Shown here piece after piece: positions 13,021 to 25,134 of a DNA stretch of 64,000 nucleotides; the stretch's first letter is position 1; the number at the start of each line of letters is the position of its first letter. Position numbers and translations under genes: made by a program. The notes below the pieces were generated by a model. It worked only from the letters and a program-made list of their open reading frames with translations. It was not told where the DNA came from and did not search any database. Source of the stretch: Mytilus californianus (lineage: Eukaryota); assembly GCF_021869535.1 (NCBI RefSeq), contig NW_026262679.1:118048001-118112000 (forward strand), read 5' to 3'.

Positions 13021-13771
13021 TTTTTCGCGGACTGTGTAAGGTATGCCTGTGCCCTGTGCATGATGTTTTTGTTGTTTTAAAGTTAGTGTTCAAAGGGGAA
13101 ATAAGTAAATGTATCCATGTATCATTGATGTTCTTGCCAGATGATCACTGTGTCACAAATATGTTAGAACTTACTGTTGAAATGATATTGTATTGCCAAG
13201 ATAAATCCATGGGAGTATTGTAGCTGCTCCTTAATGTATTATGTAAGTTTCAGTTATTTGAACATATTGTACAATTTTACATTGTTGTTATTGATAGATG
13301 ATATTTGATTTTGTTATAGTGTGATTTGTATCTTCCATTTGAAAAAAAAAAGAAAAGTTATTTAAGATATTTCCTTTTGAAATGCTATTTAATCAGCCAT
13401 CCGATACTGATAGTTCATCATAAATATCTGCTTTTGTTTTCCTAATGTAATACTACTACTTTGAAGAACATTGGAGTCGGCAAATGTTTTTGATAAAACA
13501 TGCCCACTTGAAAAAGCTGTAGTAAAAAAAAATTAAATTTCTGTAAACAATTCATAAATTTATTTTAAATACCTTTAAAAACATGATTTTTTTCTTTTTT
13601 GAATATTTGTATCATATTATATTTAAATTCTTTTGAATTTAAATTTCCTGCCATAACAAACATCATCAAGAACTATTGAGAATATTCCAAAATTTATTAC
13701 ATGATATGTTTTTAACTGACCAGAAATCACTTCCTTTGTTCTTCTTATTTTTATTTTAGAGGTGATATACA

Positions 13772-14700
13772 TTGTATAAAGAAAAAGGACTCCTTACCTA
13801 TTCTTACCAATCACACATCTCTAAAAAAAAAAACAGCTTCGGTGTCATTCGTAAGCATCGGAAAACAGTTGAAAAGAGTTCCAAACTATCCAAGATTGTT
13901 CCCGAACCCCCAATGATAGCTTTTAGGCAACCCAATAAGTCTGTGGAACCTGCTGGTGCGGGCTGAAGTGTCTGATCCGAGAAGTAATTCTGAAAAATGT
14001 CGTTCGTGTGATGAAAAACACTGCAAAGGCTGCCTACAGATGCATCACTCAGCAACTTTTCACAGTAAGGCAACCGAAAATAACGATAGGATATTTTGCA
14101 ATGTGACCTGCAAAAGTATGAATGTTATTTACATTCTAGAATGTTCGGTTTGCGGCCTCCAATATGTTGGTGAGTCAAAGCAGCCTTTCTACACACGCCT
14201 CACTGGCCATAGCAGTGATATCTCTAAAAAGCTACTCCTCCCAACTAGCCAGCATTTCAGACAGTCGGATCATAAACTCGTTGACTTTAACCGCATGAAA
14301 ATCCTAGTGATTGAACAGAACATTAACTGGAGTGATGCCCAGCGACAGGTTCGGAAAAGCTTCTGGATAAAAGGAACTTAATGTACTTAATCCAACGGCA
14401 TCAACAGGAAGTACAAGCAGTTTGATAGGGGGGCTCTTCTATTATTTTACATACATTTATACAAACTACTGCATTTTGACAATTTGGGATGTATAGATAC
14501 GCAGCCACGTTTATAGAGCATTTGTTTTGTTTTATTTGACGAGCTTCAAGATTTGGGATTAAATCAACAGTCCAAAACTTACTTGTATGACTGAGCTATT
14601 TTACACAAACAACTAGTATTGTTAAAATTATTGACACTGACGAAGGCTATTTGTTCAGCCGAAATATTTGTCAACACGATTTTATAACATCATCTTCGTA
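13772..14700 (+). mobile_element. 5'-truncated Penelope-like element with C-terminal GIY-YIG endonuclease (Neptune-type), frameshifted
   Basis: PPMIAFRQP..LLVRA, Cys-rich linker CRSCDEKHCKGC, NVIYILECSVCGLQYVGES, His residues of the CCHH motif, and WIKELNVLNP-like end across frameshifts; hammerhead in the 3' region. Confidence 0.88.
14631..14674 (+). ncRNA. Minimal type-I hammerhead ribozyme motif (Penelope-associated)
   Basis: Stem I ttgaca/tgtcaa, core CTGACGA, an extra A, stem II ggct/agcc, GAAA, palindromic stem III ATAT, cleavage triplet ATT. Confidence 0.75.
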
Positions 14701-14852
14701 TATCACCATCTTATATAAGTACCGTTGCACAAATCTTTAGACTTTATATATATATTTATATAAGGGTTTATTATGTTTATTGTGAAATTTTGGTTTTCAA
14801 TGCTATATTAAATACATTTTGGATTTCAAATTGTTGTTCAAATTTCTAGCCA

Positions 14853-15085
14853 AGGTCTAGGTTGGTAAAGACTTGGTCGAGTATGGTTCAGACTAAGTCG
14901 AGCACGGTTCAAACTAGGTCGAGTATGGTTCAGACTTGGTCGAGAATGGTTGAGATTTGGTCGAGTATGGTTCAGACTAAGTCGAGTATGGTTTAGACTA
15001 GGTTCAGTATGGTTCAGACTAGGTCGAGTATAGTTCAGACTTGGTAGAGAATGGTTAAGACTTGATCGAGTATGGTTCAGACACA
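14853..15085. repeat. 21-bp minisatellite, about 11 copies
   Basis: Unit ggtcgagtatggttcagacta; degenerate copies continue to ~15230. Confidence 0.9.
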
Positions 15086-16234
15086 TATTTTAAAAATGGT
15101 TAAGCACTGGTCGAGTAAAAGTCGAATACAAATTCAGACTGTTAAGTATGGTTCAGACTACAGTCAAATAATATCGAAATTTCAGACTAAATCAGACTGG
15201 TCGAGTAAAAATCAGTACAGTCGAGTACAGAAATAGGCCATTTTAGACTTTTACTGGTTTGTAGTGAGTCCCAGTAAGGATCTCTACGTTACATTATTTT
15301 TCCGATTGGGCGTTATATTATTTATCAAATAGACATTTTGAAATAGCTAACGTTCACTTTTATCATTTAATTTCTTTTTGTTCTTTTTTGTTTCCCGAAT
15401 GTATATTTCTTTGCAAAAATCGAAATTTGTATCACCTGAAGCTGATGACAAGCTTTGTACCATTCGAACTCTCATTTTACTCATGATGTACATGTAATTT
15501 TAAGCCTCGTATCTATGATGAGTTTATTTACCTAATATCTAAATAAAAACTACAAACTTATCAAACAAAAACTGTAGTGAAAAAAAAAAGAAAAACAAGT
15601 AGTTCACAAATGCTTAAAACTCTAAAGTCTATTTTGAATATACAAACCAAGTGAACACATTTGAAATAGCAATAACGGATGTGTTGACATGGTAAGTGCC
15701 TCCTACCATACATGCGTTTTCCGCCATGCAAATGGAGACTCATTTAATTGTCATGATAGGAAAAAGTTCACAATCGGTAAATTTACAAATGAGATGACTT
15801 TTCATGTATCTCAAGATATAATATAGGGCAATATACTTTTGTTTAATTGATTCTATGTTTTTCTTGGAATCAATGTTGTTTATGTGTAATATTAAAAAAA
15901 CATATATGATTTATGGGTTCATTTAACAAACAAACCATGGCTAAGAGGGAACCAATTTGTTTATATTCCAAGCTGATTTTATCACATTTTTAAGCATCCT
16001 TGTTGATGCACGTCGATAGAACGAATATTTATATTTAGATTTCGGTACGTTGTAATAACATTTAGTTGAATGGTCGAAATACCTAGTGATATTGTTTAAA
16101 TCAAAGGTCATCATGTCCATTTAAATGATAACGAGTTTATATTTAAAACAAAACTTTCGATTTGTTAAATGCAAACCGTGAATAATTATACCGTTTGAAT
16201 ACGTGCCAAACCTTTATAAAAAAATTTGTACTAC

Positions 16235-16508
16235 CTGTGCAATTTTCTGGTACAGTTTCTTTTAAAATGTTATTTAAAATATCATCCAAAAAAGATGTGC
16301 TGAATGTGTAATATTGCTTCCTTGAAACCAATAACATCTCTGAGTACGATATAGATTGACCAACAGCAGCAGTGATGATACGTCCGCCAATAGAGTTTAT
16401 TAACATAGCCTCATGTACTGCGTTATTGCTGTCTGTTGACAAACCATCGTAGAGCAATATTATGTAGCTAGATATTCTACGTGATCCAAATGATGTGTTG
16501 GTTAACAT
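16235..16508 (-). CDS. EGF-vWA gene: vWA domain second half (last exon resolved)
   Basis: tttgcAG acceptor; phase 0 to phase 1; MLTNTSFGSRRISSYIILLYDGLSTD...ENCT; donor G|GTAGTA. Confidence 0.88.
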
Positions 16509-17197
16509 CTGCAAAATAAGAGAAATCTTATATTTTTAATTGATATGTCATAAACGAAAACAATATACTGTAATTAAAATCTTTCTATCTTACTTTTATA
16601 ACATAAATAGTAAATGATAAAAGTGAGTACATCTATCTGTGACCTCTTTCCTCTTAAAGACAAGTTCAAGCGCAGTAAAGACCATAACCGAAATAAATAT
16701 AAAGTTTTGTATGTTCCGTATTTATCGTATATGAATACATGAGTCGTGGCTAGGCATCAGTAAACAAGTAATGCCAATATCAGATCACAAAAATTCATAT
16801 TTGCCAAGAATTCCGCTCAAACCGGTGCTTAGGGACGTCTTTAACTTGCAGTGAGGGGAGAAAGTTTTTGCTCCGTGTTGAAGGCCTCATTGTGAATTTT
16901 AGATGAAGAACAGCAATAAAAACGCAGTTCTTTTTCTTTTTGTGCATTTGTTGCTGTGCATGTACTGATTTTGTGTCATGGGTGGATACCCCATGTCCTT
17001 TCTTATATGTTATATAGTGATAAATAAAGGCAACAGTAGGAAACCGCTGTTCAATAGTCATAATTCGATTAAGCAAAAACAAATCCGGATAACAAACTAA
17101 AACCAAGGGAAACACATCAACTATAAGAGGAAAACAACGGAACAACAGAAACACTGAACTACAACAAAAGCAAACGTCAACATACATAGAAACGGAC

Positions 17198-18122
17198 TGT
17201 CAAAAGAGAGGCGAAGGATACCAAAGGGACATTCAAACTCGTCAGAAAATAAACTGACAATGCCATAGCTTAATAAGAAAAAGACAAACAAACAAACAAC
17301 AGTACACAAAACAACACAGAAAACCAACACGAACCCCACCAAAAACTGGCGGTGATCTAAGGTGCTCCGGAAGGGTAAGCAGATCCTGCTCCACATGTGG
17401 CACCCGTTGTTCATGCAAGTACAAACCCGGTGATATGTCTAATTCGGTAGGTCACATTCGTGGGAAGGGGACGAGATTGTAGTAACGACAATTGGAACAT
17501 ATCCGTCGTCATCTGTGAAACAGATATTCCATAACGGTCAACCAACTCGTGATGGCGTCCGTTAAATTTACGAAGGGATGATTTCAACTTCACCACTTGG
17601 AACTCTTGGTTTAATAGCTCCCTTGTGAGTAGCAACATGATAGGAAACACAAGCCCTGGAATAGCGTATCAATTGAGAGATATATACTCCGTATGAAGGC
17701 GCTACTTGGATGTTGCTACATAGAAATTGAAAGTTCACAATGGGGAAGCTGAAATCATCTCTTTTGTCGTAAAATTTTGTTTTCAACTGACCCTCATTGT
17801 CAATTTCTAGATGTAAGTCAAGATATGAGGCAGACTTAACTGTATCTATTGTATCCTTTATCTCATGTTCGATGGGATAGATGCGTTTCACATAGTCACC
17901 AAATTTTGAATTATTTAGTGAGAGAACATCATCTATATAGCGGAAAGTCAAGTTAAAGAATACTGCTTTTCTTTCTTCCTGAGACGTTTCTGTATGAAGT
18001 CAACCTCATATGAGTAAAGGAACAAGAAGAGAAGCATTAATGGGAATGCCGATTGTTTGTTGAAAAACACCTCCTCCAAACGTAACAAATATGTTGTCAA
18101 TCAAGAAATCAAGCATCTTGAT
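17198..18122 (-). mobile_element. 5'-truncated Penelope-like element, RT C-terminus and 3' UTR (Naiad-type), degenerate
   Basis: FQQTIGIP, TFRYIDDVLSLNN, YDKRDDFSFPIVNF..SNI..SYGVYISQLIRYSRAC, LRKFNGRHHELVDRYG; no endonuclease downstream of the RT. Confidence 0.85.
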
Positions 18123-18127
18123 AATAT

Positions 18128-18325
18128 AAAAATAAGGAGATGAGGTATGATTGCCAATGAGACAACTTTCCACCAACCTTCAAATGAAGTGGAAGTTAGC
18201 AATTATAGGCAACCGTGCGGCCTTCAACAACGAGAAAAACCCATACCGTATAGCCGGCTATAAAAGGCTCCGACATAAAAAAAAAATGAAACAATTCAAT
18301 CAAGAAAACTAACGGCCAAATATAA
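18128..18325. mobile_element. SINE-like family A fragment abutting the PLE truncation point
   Basis: aaaataaggagatgaggtatgattgccaatgagacaac head. Confidence 0.75.
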
Positions 18326-18455
18326 TGTCAGTTTAAGAGAATTTTTTGTTTGAATCAGAGTGATTTATCCCTCCCTCAGTCAAGAAACTTGTATCTACGT
18401 CAGCCATTCTTTTTTAGATAACTCATAAGCAATTATAACTTAATTATACATCTAC

Positions 18456-18739
18456 CTCCTTTGCTTTCTTTAAAGCTGATGATGTAAATGTGGCAGCACT
18501 TTCCCCTTTAATACTCTGAAGTTCTGCAATCATACCAGATGCAGATGTATGATCATCAAGATCAAAAAGTACATAAGTATCAAAATTATATGTGATAACA
18601 CCCACTTGAAAGTCATCTTTACCAATGGGTATTCTTTTAATAAATTCAGTAATAAAACCTAGACTTCTGTTGATATTTGTTTCCAAGCTTGACGAAGTGT
18701 CAATAATGAATACGATATCTGCAGGACCAGGTCTGCAAT
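18456..18739 (-). CDS. EGF-vWA gene: vWA domain first half
   Basis: ttttgtAG acceptor; phase 1 to phase 0; DCRPGPADIVFIIDTSSSL (MIDAS DxSxS), QVGVITY, ATFTSSAL; donor GAG|GTAGAT. Confidence 0.9.
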
Positions 18740-19188
18740 CTACAAAACACATAATATACATTAGAAAAATCTGTTGTTTTTTCTTTTATAATTATCTAAT
18801 TCATCTTGGTTGTATATATATATGATGTGAATGAATCATGTACTGGATGTAAACTATCAATAGACAGACTCATTAACATTTACATTTGAGAAATAATTTT
18901 TTTTTTTGCTTGGTGTTGAAGGCCTCACTGTGACTTTGAGATAAAGAACAGCAATAAAAGCGCTGTTAATTTGCATTTTGTGTATTTCCATTGGAAAATG
19001 TTATTCAAAATCCAAATCTTAAGTCTTAATTAATTTGTATGGTTTTTTTTTTATTATAGTAGGGGATAATATGTTTTCCGATCCGTGCGTCCATTGTTAT
19101 TTCGTCAGTTCGCCCTTTCGTCAACCCTATATGTCTGGTTTAATGTAGAAACTCATCAAAGATATCAGGCTTCTAATTTTGTACGCCA

Positions 19189-20024
19189 GACTACATAAGA
19201 CTAATCAGTCTACATAAGATTAATCAGTCTACATAAGAATAATCAGACTACATAACATAAGATTAATCAGTCTACATAAGACTAATCAGTCTACATAAGA
19301 ATAATCAGACTACAATCAGTCTACATAAGAATAATCAGACTACATAACATAAGATTAATCAGTCTACATAAGATTAATCAGTCTACATAAGAATAATCAG
19401 TCTACATAAGACAAATCAGTCTACATAAGATTAATCAGTCTACATAAGATTAATCAGTCTACATAAGACTAATCAGACTACATAAGATTAATCAGTCTAC
19501 ATAAGATTAATCAGTTTACATAAGAATAATCAGTCTACATAAGAATAATCAGTCTACATCAGATTAATCAGTCTACATAAGAATAATCAGTCTACATAAT
19601 ACAAATCAGTATACATAAGACTAATCAGACTACATAAAACTAATCAGTCTACATAAGAATAATCAGACTACATAAGATTAATCAGTCTACATAAGACTAA
19701 TCAGACTACATAAGAATAATCAGTCTACATAAGATTAATCAGTCTACATAAGACTAATCAGACTACATAAGATTAATCAGTCTACATAAGACTAATCATA
19801 CTACATAATATTAATCAGTCTACATAAGACTAATCAGTCTACATAAGATTAATCAGTCTACATAAGACTAATCAGACTACATAAGATTAATCAGACTACA
19901 TAAGACTATTCAGTCTACATAAGATTAATCAGTCTACATAAGACTAATCAGACTACATAAGACTTATCAGTCTACATAAGATTAATCAGACTACATAAGA
20001 CTAATCAGACTACATAAGACTCAT
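19189..20024. repeat. 19-bp minisatellite, about 44 copies, embedded in a hammerhead-type repeat (element ~19150-20060)
   Basis: Unit tctacataagactaatcag; minus strand reads CTGATTA-GTCTTATGTAGA; flanks resemble hammerhead stem I. Confidence 0.92.
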
Positions 20025-21099
20025 GTGTGGCGATCGAATCAAAACAGATTGAAGGCTAAATGTTTATCATGACGTTGTAGTCACATAACTTTGAAACTCC
20101 TTTATCGTTTGTCTCCATTTCATGACATATGTTTATAATGATGTTAATTAATAAGAAAATAAAAGAAAGGCGAAAGATACCAAAGTGATATTCATAAATC
20201 GAACAAAATAAAATATCAATGCCATGGCAAAAGACGAAAAACCACCTAGACACAAAAATAGCAAGTAAGCGGAGAGTAACTTAAATTTGACATAATAAAA
20301 GAATAATAATTGGCAAGTTTTCCTAGACGTTTCAAATGTTTTTTCCATCCGCTTTAGTACGTTCAATTTCCTTGCATCCTTTTACAAATATTTTCATAAA
20401 TCGAACTTAAAAAATGTCAATGCCATGCCAAACAACGAATAACGACCTAGACACAAAAATGCCAAGTAAGCGGAGAGTTACTAAAATTTGACATACTGAA
20501 AGAATAATAATTGGCAAGTTTTCCAAGACGTTTCAAATGTTTTCCTATCCGCTTTAGCAGCCATTTTTAAAATAGTTTTATCATAAATAAAATAAATAAA
20601 AATAAATATCATAGTATATTAAAGTTTACTTTGAATACTATAGTGACACCTAACAATTTTACTTCATCATCACATATAATATCAATACCATTAAAAAAAT
20701 CACTAGAAAAAATGAAGAAAAGAAAAGAGAAGAGAAGAAACAAAAAGTGAGGAAGAAAAAAAAACGTCCTCAAGACAAGCAACAATACACAAAACACAAC
20801 ATAAAAAACAAAAGACTGAACAAGCCGGACCCCACAAAAAACCGAGAATGATCTCAGGTACTCTAGAAGGATAAGTAGATCCTGCTCCACATGTGGCTTA
20901 AGTCGTGTCAAATGTCAAATTCGAGTTTTGAACAAGACTTCACACTTCATTGACCATGGAAATGTGATAATGCGTGCGGGGCAGGGTGTCCGATGGGTAC
21001 ACATTCTTGTTCTTTGTTGAAATGTTTGTTTTTTTTTCAGGAAATAATAGTTGTAGTAATTTGTAAAATTTGTTTTCAATCAAATAAATCCATATTTAC

Positions 21100-21213
21100 C
21101 TGTTTGACAAACATCGCCTTTGTATCTACCTGTGCAGTCACAACTGTAGCTGTTGATTAAATTATTGCAGGATCCAGTATTCATACAGGGATTAGACTGG
21201 CATTCATCAAAAT
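21100..21213 (-). CDS. EGF-vWA gene: calcium-binding EGF exon 7
   Basis: 114 bp, phase 1-1, AG/GT; DFDECQSNPCMNTGSCNNLINSYSCDCTGRYKGDVCQT. Confidence 0.9.
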
Positions 21214-22144
21214 CTGTCATACAATAATGTGAATTGATCAATATTTCATATATAAAGTAAATATATGTAATGTATAATCATATTCAATTTGTTATGTCTT
21301 TTGTTAGGCTAGTTAATGAACGGTATCCGACAAAATGTTCCCATTTTTTTCAACGGCAAATGATTGATTGATTACAGTTCAACTTCCATTACAACTTCTA
21401 CTACCTGCATATGTAGGACGTAAGTGAGATTTTTTTTTCTTTTTTTAAATTTTAAATACATTTTATTAATTATCACCTGTTACATCAACCCTAAGTTGCC
21501 CAGGGAAGTAACTAAGGAGCCCCCGCATTTTTACAGTCTCATTTGTCGGGGAAAATGCAAATGAGGAAAAGAAACCTCCCATTATAAATAATTAACATCT
21601 ATCTTTATATATATCATCTATCTATGTATTTATCATCTATCTATATATTTATGCATCACACCATATATAATCATTTGAATAAAGTATTCATTCTATCTGT
21701 ATATTTTTTCTCACAAGAGCTACCTGTATAATATTAAGCAGTTTCAATTTTATAGCACTTCACTCCGTTCTTTGTTATGTTAATTTCTATTACATTCAAT
21801 TTCTGGTCGAGTGATCTTTTGCCACGTGCTACTCGTTAAAACATTTTGAAAGGGAATGTGTAATTCATTCATAAAAAGTAGGATTTATAATTTTGTTTCC
21901 CAAAAAAGAGTTATTTCAAAGATATGGTGAGTAAATATATGAATTTATGTGCGGTTTGCGGAATGAATTTGAAAGATTGCGCATTAATTTTATAATGGGG
22001 ATTTTGTATAAGTTGTATAACTATTGCCGTTAACCGGTTTGGCGGTCAGTATATAAGCTAATTGCACGGGTTTTTAGTTATCGAGGACTGGGTAGTGACC
22101 ACACAAACGCACGTAATATATATAGGTAGAAGTTTATATTCATC

Positions 22145-22879
22145 ATGTCCGATATTGAGCCAGACAATTTATTGAATGCTTTCAACCTGAAGTTGCTTCA
22201 CATGCTGGGGTTTCTGATGATGAGATTTCCAATGCCGATTTGCTGTCTCTGATGAAAAACTACTTTGGTAAAAAAAATGTCGGGGATCGAAAGAAATTTT
22301 GCTGACACTACACAGGATTTAGCCCGTAAAGTCAAGAAGACCGAGAATAATTTACGATACAAAGGAAATCAGGTGCAGTTTGATCTCAATTCAGACATTT
22401 TAGACAATATTAGTGGCGCTTTAGACAACTTGCATCATAAGAGATATTCCAAGGCCGTTTCTTTATTGGAGGAGTCGAAAAAGGTGCTTAAGAAGAGAAA
22501 CAAATTGATTCGTATAGCGGACAAGTCAGAGGCAGGGTGGAAAACCGTTGACAAATATCTTTCTGATGAGGTAGCTATCAATTCAGAAGACGAGAAGAAG
22601 ATACGAGCTGCAGAGACCAGAGCCGTGGAGAAGATGAAAGTAACAAAGGGTAGTAACAGGAGTGAAAAGAAAAGACCCGCTGAAGCTGCAGGTGGTCCGT
22701 CTTCAGTCGCTCGTGGAGCTGGTGGTGTTGCAGTTGTTTCACAGCCGCCCATTCGTGTTGACGGGGCATCGGGCCCTAATCCAAGATTCATCAGATCAAA
22801 AGCCAGAGACATCTGCTACAAGTGTGGGTTGTATGGGCATTGGGCCAAAGAATGCAAGAACGGAGGGAATAGTAACTAA
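22145..22879 (+). pseudogene. DIRS gag-like ORF with CCHC knuckle, frameshifted near the 5' end
   Basis: KRNKLIRIADKSEAGWKTV..SEDEKKIRAAE and CYKCGLYGHWAKEC; ATG at 22145 is out of frame with the main ORF. Confidence 0.85.
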
Positions 22880-24850
22880 AAAGCTCCCAGAGGATCTTCT
22901 GCATAAAAGAAATTCGGACATTTTACAAGTACAAAGCTTAGAAAATTTTCAAACTTATTTTGAATATGAATCCGGTTCATCTTTGATTAATGTACATAAT
23001 AGACTGAAGCATTCTATTTCTTTTTGGAAAAGCATCAATTTTATTCTAGATGTAATTAATTCTGGTTACAAAATTCCTTTTATCAATGAACCTGAAAGTG
23101 TATTTTTGAAAAACAATAAATCTGCATTTGATAATTCAGATTTTGAAGGGAAGGCTATACAGGATTTGTTAGATGCTAATTTGATCAGAGAGGAGTGGAA
23201 CGCACCTTTTGTTGTAAATCCTTTAACGGTATCTATAAGTCAATCAGGTAATTGTCGTTTGAATTTAGATTTACGACATGTAAACAAACAGGTACGTTAT
23301 TTTAAGGTTAAATTCGAGGACTGGAAAACAGCTAGTCAGTTTTTAACTTCAAATTATTTTGGGTTTGTTTTTTATCTTAAATCTGGTTATCATCATATAG
23401 ATATTTTTCCTAATCATCAAAAATATCTGGGATTTTCCAGGAAGTGTGGTTATCCTGTGAAATTTTATGTTTTCACTGTTTAGCCATTTGGGCTTTCATC
23501 AGCAGGGTATATTGTTACAAAGGTAGTTCGTCCTTTGGTAAAACATTGGCGGAAAGACGGGATTAAGATAACTGTTTATTTAGATGATGGTTTGGCGTTA
23601 GCAGATGATGAACAGGTATGTGCCCAACAAGCTATACTGGTGAAAGAGGACTTGATTTTGTCGGGATTTGTACCCAATAAAGATAAGTGTATTTGGAGGC
23701 CTGTACAGAATTTAGTTTGGCTTGGATTTATATGGGATTTAAAGCATTGTCTTTTTCAATTGCTTCCAGAGAAAGTGGCATATTTGATAGATTTAACAGG
23801 AGTCATTTTAGACGAGCCTCACAGAGTGAAAATAAGACTGCTTGCGAAATTTTGTGGTAAAATAATTTCTTTTATCCCGGTTATTGGAAATGTCACTCAG
23901 ATAATGACCAGATGCACTTTTCAGTGATTAACAGTAGAGATGAGTGGGATCAATTTGTAGATTTGAATTTTTATTCAGGTTCTATACGAGAGATTTTATT
24001 TTGGAGGCAAAATATTATAAGTTTAAAGCCTGTGGCAATCTTGAGAGAAAACTCAGATTTTAAAGTGTTCACTGACGCCAGTGATGGTTCAGCCGCAGGT
24101 TTTGTAGCTAATTCTGATTATATCATGCATAAGCAGTGGTTGCAGCATGAAGCTATAAAAAGTTCCACTTGGAGAGAATTGAAAGCTGTTGAACTGTCTA
24201 TAGATAGCCTTAAACATTTACTATCGAATAGTTTAGTTTCGTTTTTCACAGATAACCAAAATGCTGTTGGTATTATTCAGAAAGGTAGCAAAGTACCAGA
24301 ATTGCAAACGTTGGCTTTGTCAATATTTAGTATTTGTGGTTCTTTTAATATTTCTTTATATCCACAATGGATCCCGAGAGAAGATAACGAAAAAGCAGAT
24401 GGATTGAGTAGGATCGTCGATATTGGACGATTGGGGGTGTTTCGTTTGAATTTTTCAACTTCATAGATAGATTATGGGGTCTTCATACAGTTGATAGATT
24501 TGCAAATATGAACAATGCGAAACTCGGGAGATTTAATTCTTCCTTTTGGAATCCGAGTACGAGTGCAATTGATGCCTTTACTTGTAATTGGAATGGGGAT
24601 AATAATTGGTTAATCTTGTTAGCAAATGCATCAATCATTTAGTTAACTGCAAGGCAGTAGGAACATTAATCGTCTGCGTTTTGGCCACTTTTATTTAAGG
24701 AGAATTTAGAATATGTTTGGTTTGTCAGAGATGTTTTAGAATTTCATGAGATTGATAGAATCTTAGTTGCAGGCTATAATAAGAATTCTATTTTCGCTAA
24801 TGGGACATTTAACGGGCTGTTATTAGCTGTTCGTTTGGATGCTTCTCAGA
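22662..24850 (+). pseudogene. DIRS pol: reverse transcriptase, RNase H and adenine-methyltransferase-like domain
   Basis: DLRHVN, LKSGYHHI, TV*PFGL (TAG at 23481-83), VYLDDG, FTDAS, WRELKAV, TDNQN, WIPREDNEKADGLSR, HTVDRFA..NNW; frameshifts near 23925 and 24425. Confidence 0.9.
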
Positions 24851-25134
24851 TGCATTAATATGCTGTTTGTTATTTACAGATTGTGGATAAAGATGTTTTA
24901 CCACTGGGTGTTTTTTTATGTACTGATTACGCTGGACTGCCTTGAAGGTTGCTGGACCGTGAATGTGTTTAGAGGTCACTGGACCATATGTTTTAGTGTC
25001 ACTGGACGTTAATCTTATAAGATGTTTTACGTATTTGCATTGTATAATGTTGGTCACTGGACTATATAGAAATCATAACAATATGTATTGATAATACTAT
25101 AGATTTGTTATTTGAAGTGTTTATTTATTTACAG

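Noticed and set aside
14838-15086. NHTRPSL-repeat ORF
   Set aside because: By-product of a stop-free 21-bp minisatellite; no signal peptide or splice support.
15561-15743. Possible terminal exon of the EGF-vWA gene
   Set aside because: No convincing polypyrimidine acceptor and no domain-like sequence in a phase-1 frame.
17121-17424. Hydrophobic ORFs here and at 20609-20911, 33683-33868 and 38576-38764
   Set aside because: Translations of the T-rich PLE 3'-UTR repeat, not membrane proteins.
22435-22812. Antisense ORFs within DIRS gag
   Set aside because: Shadow frames of the gag ORF.
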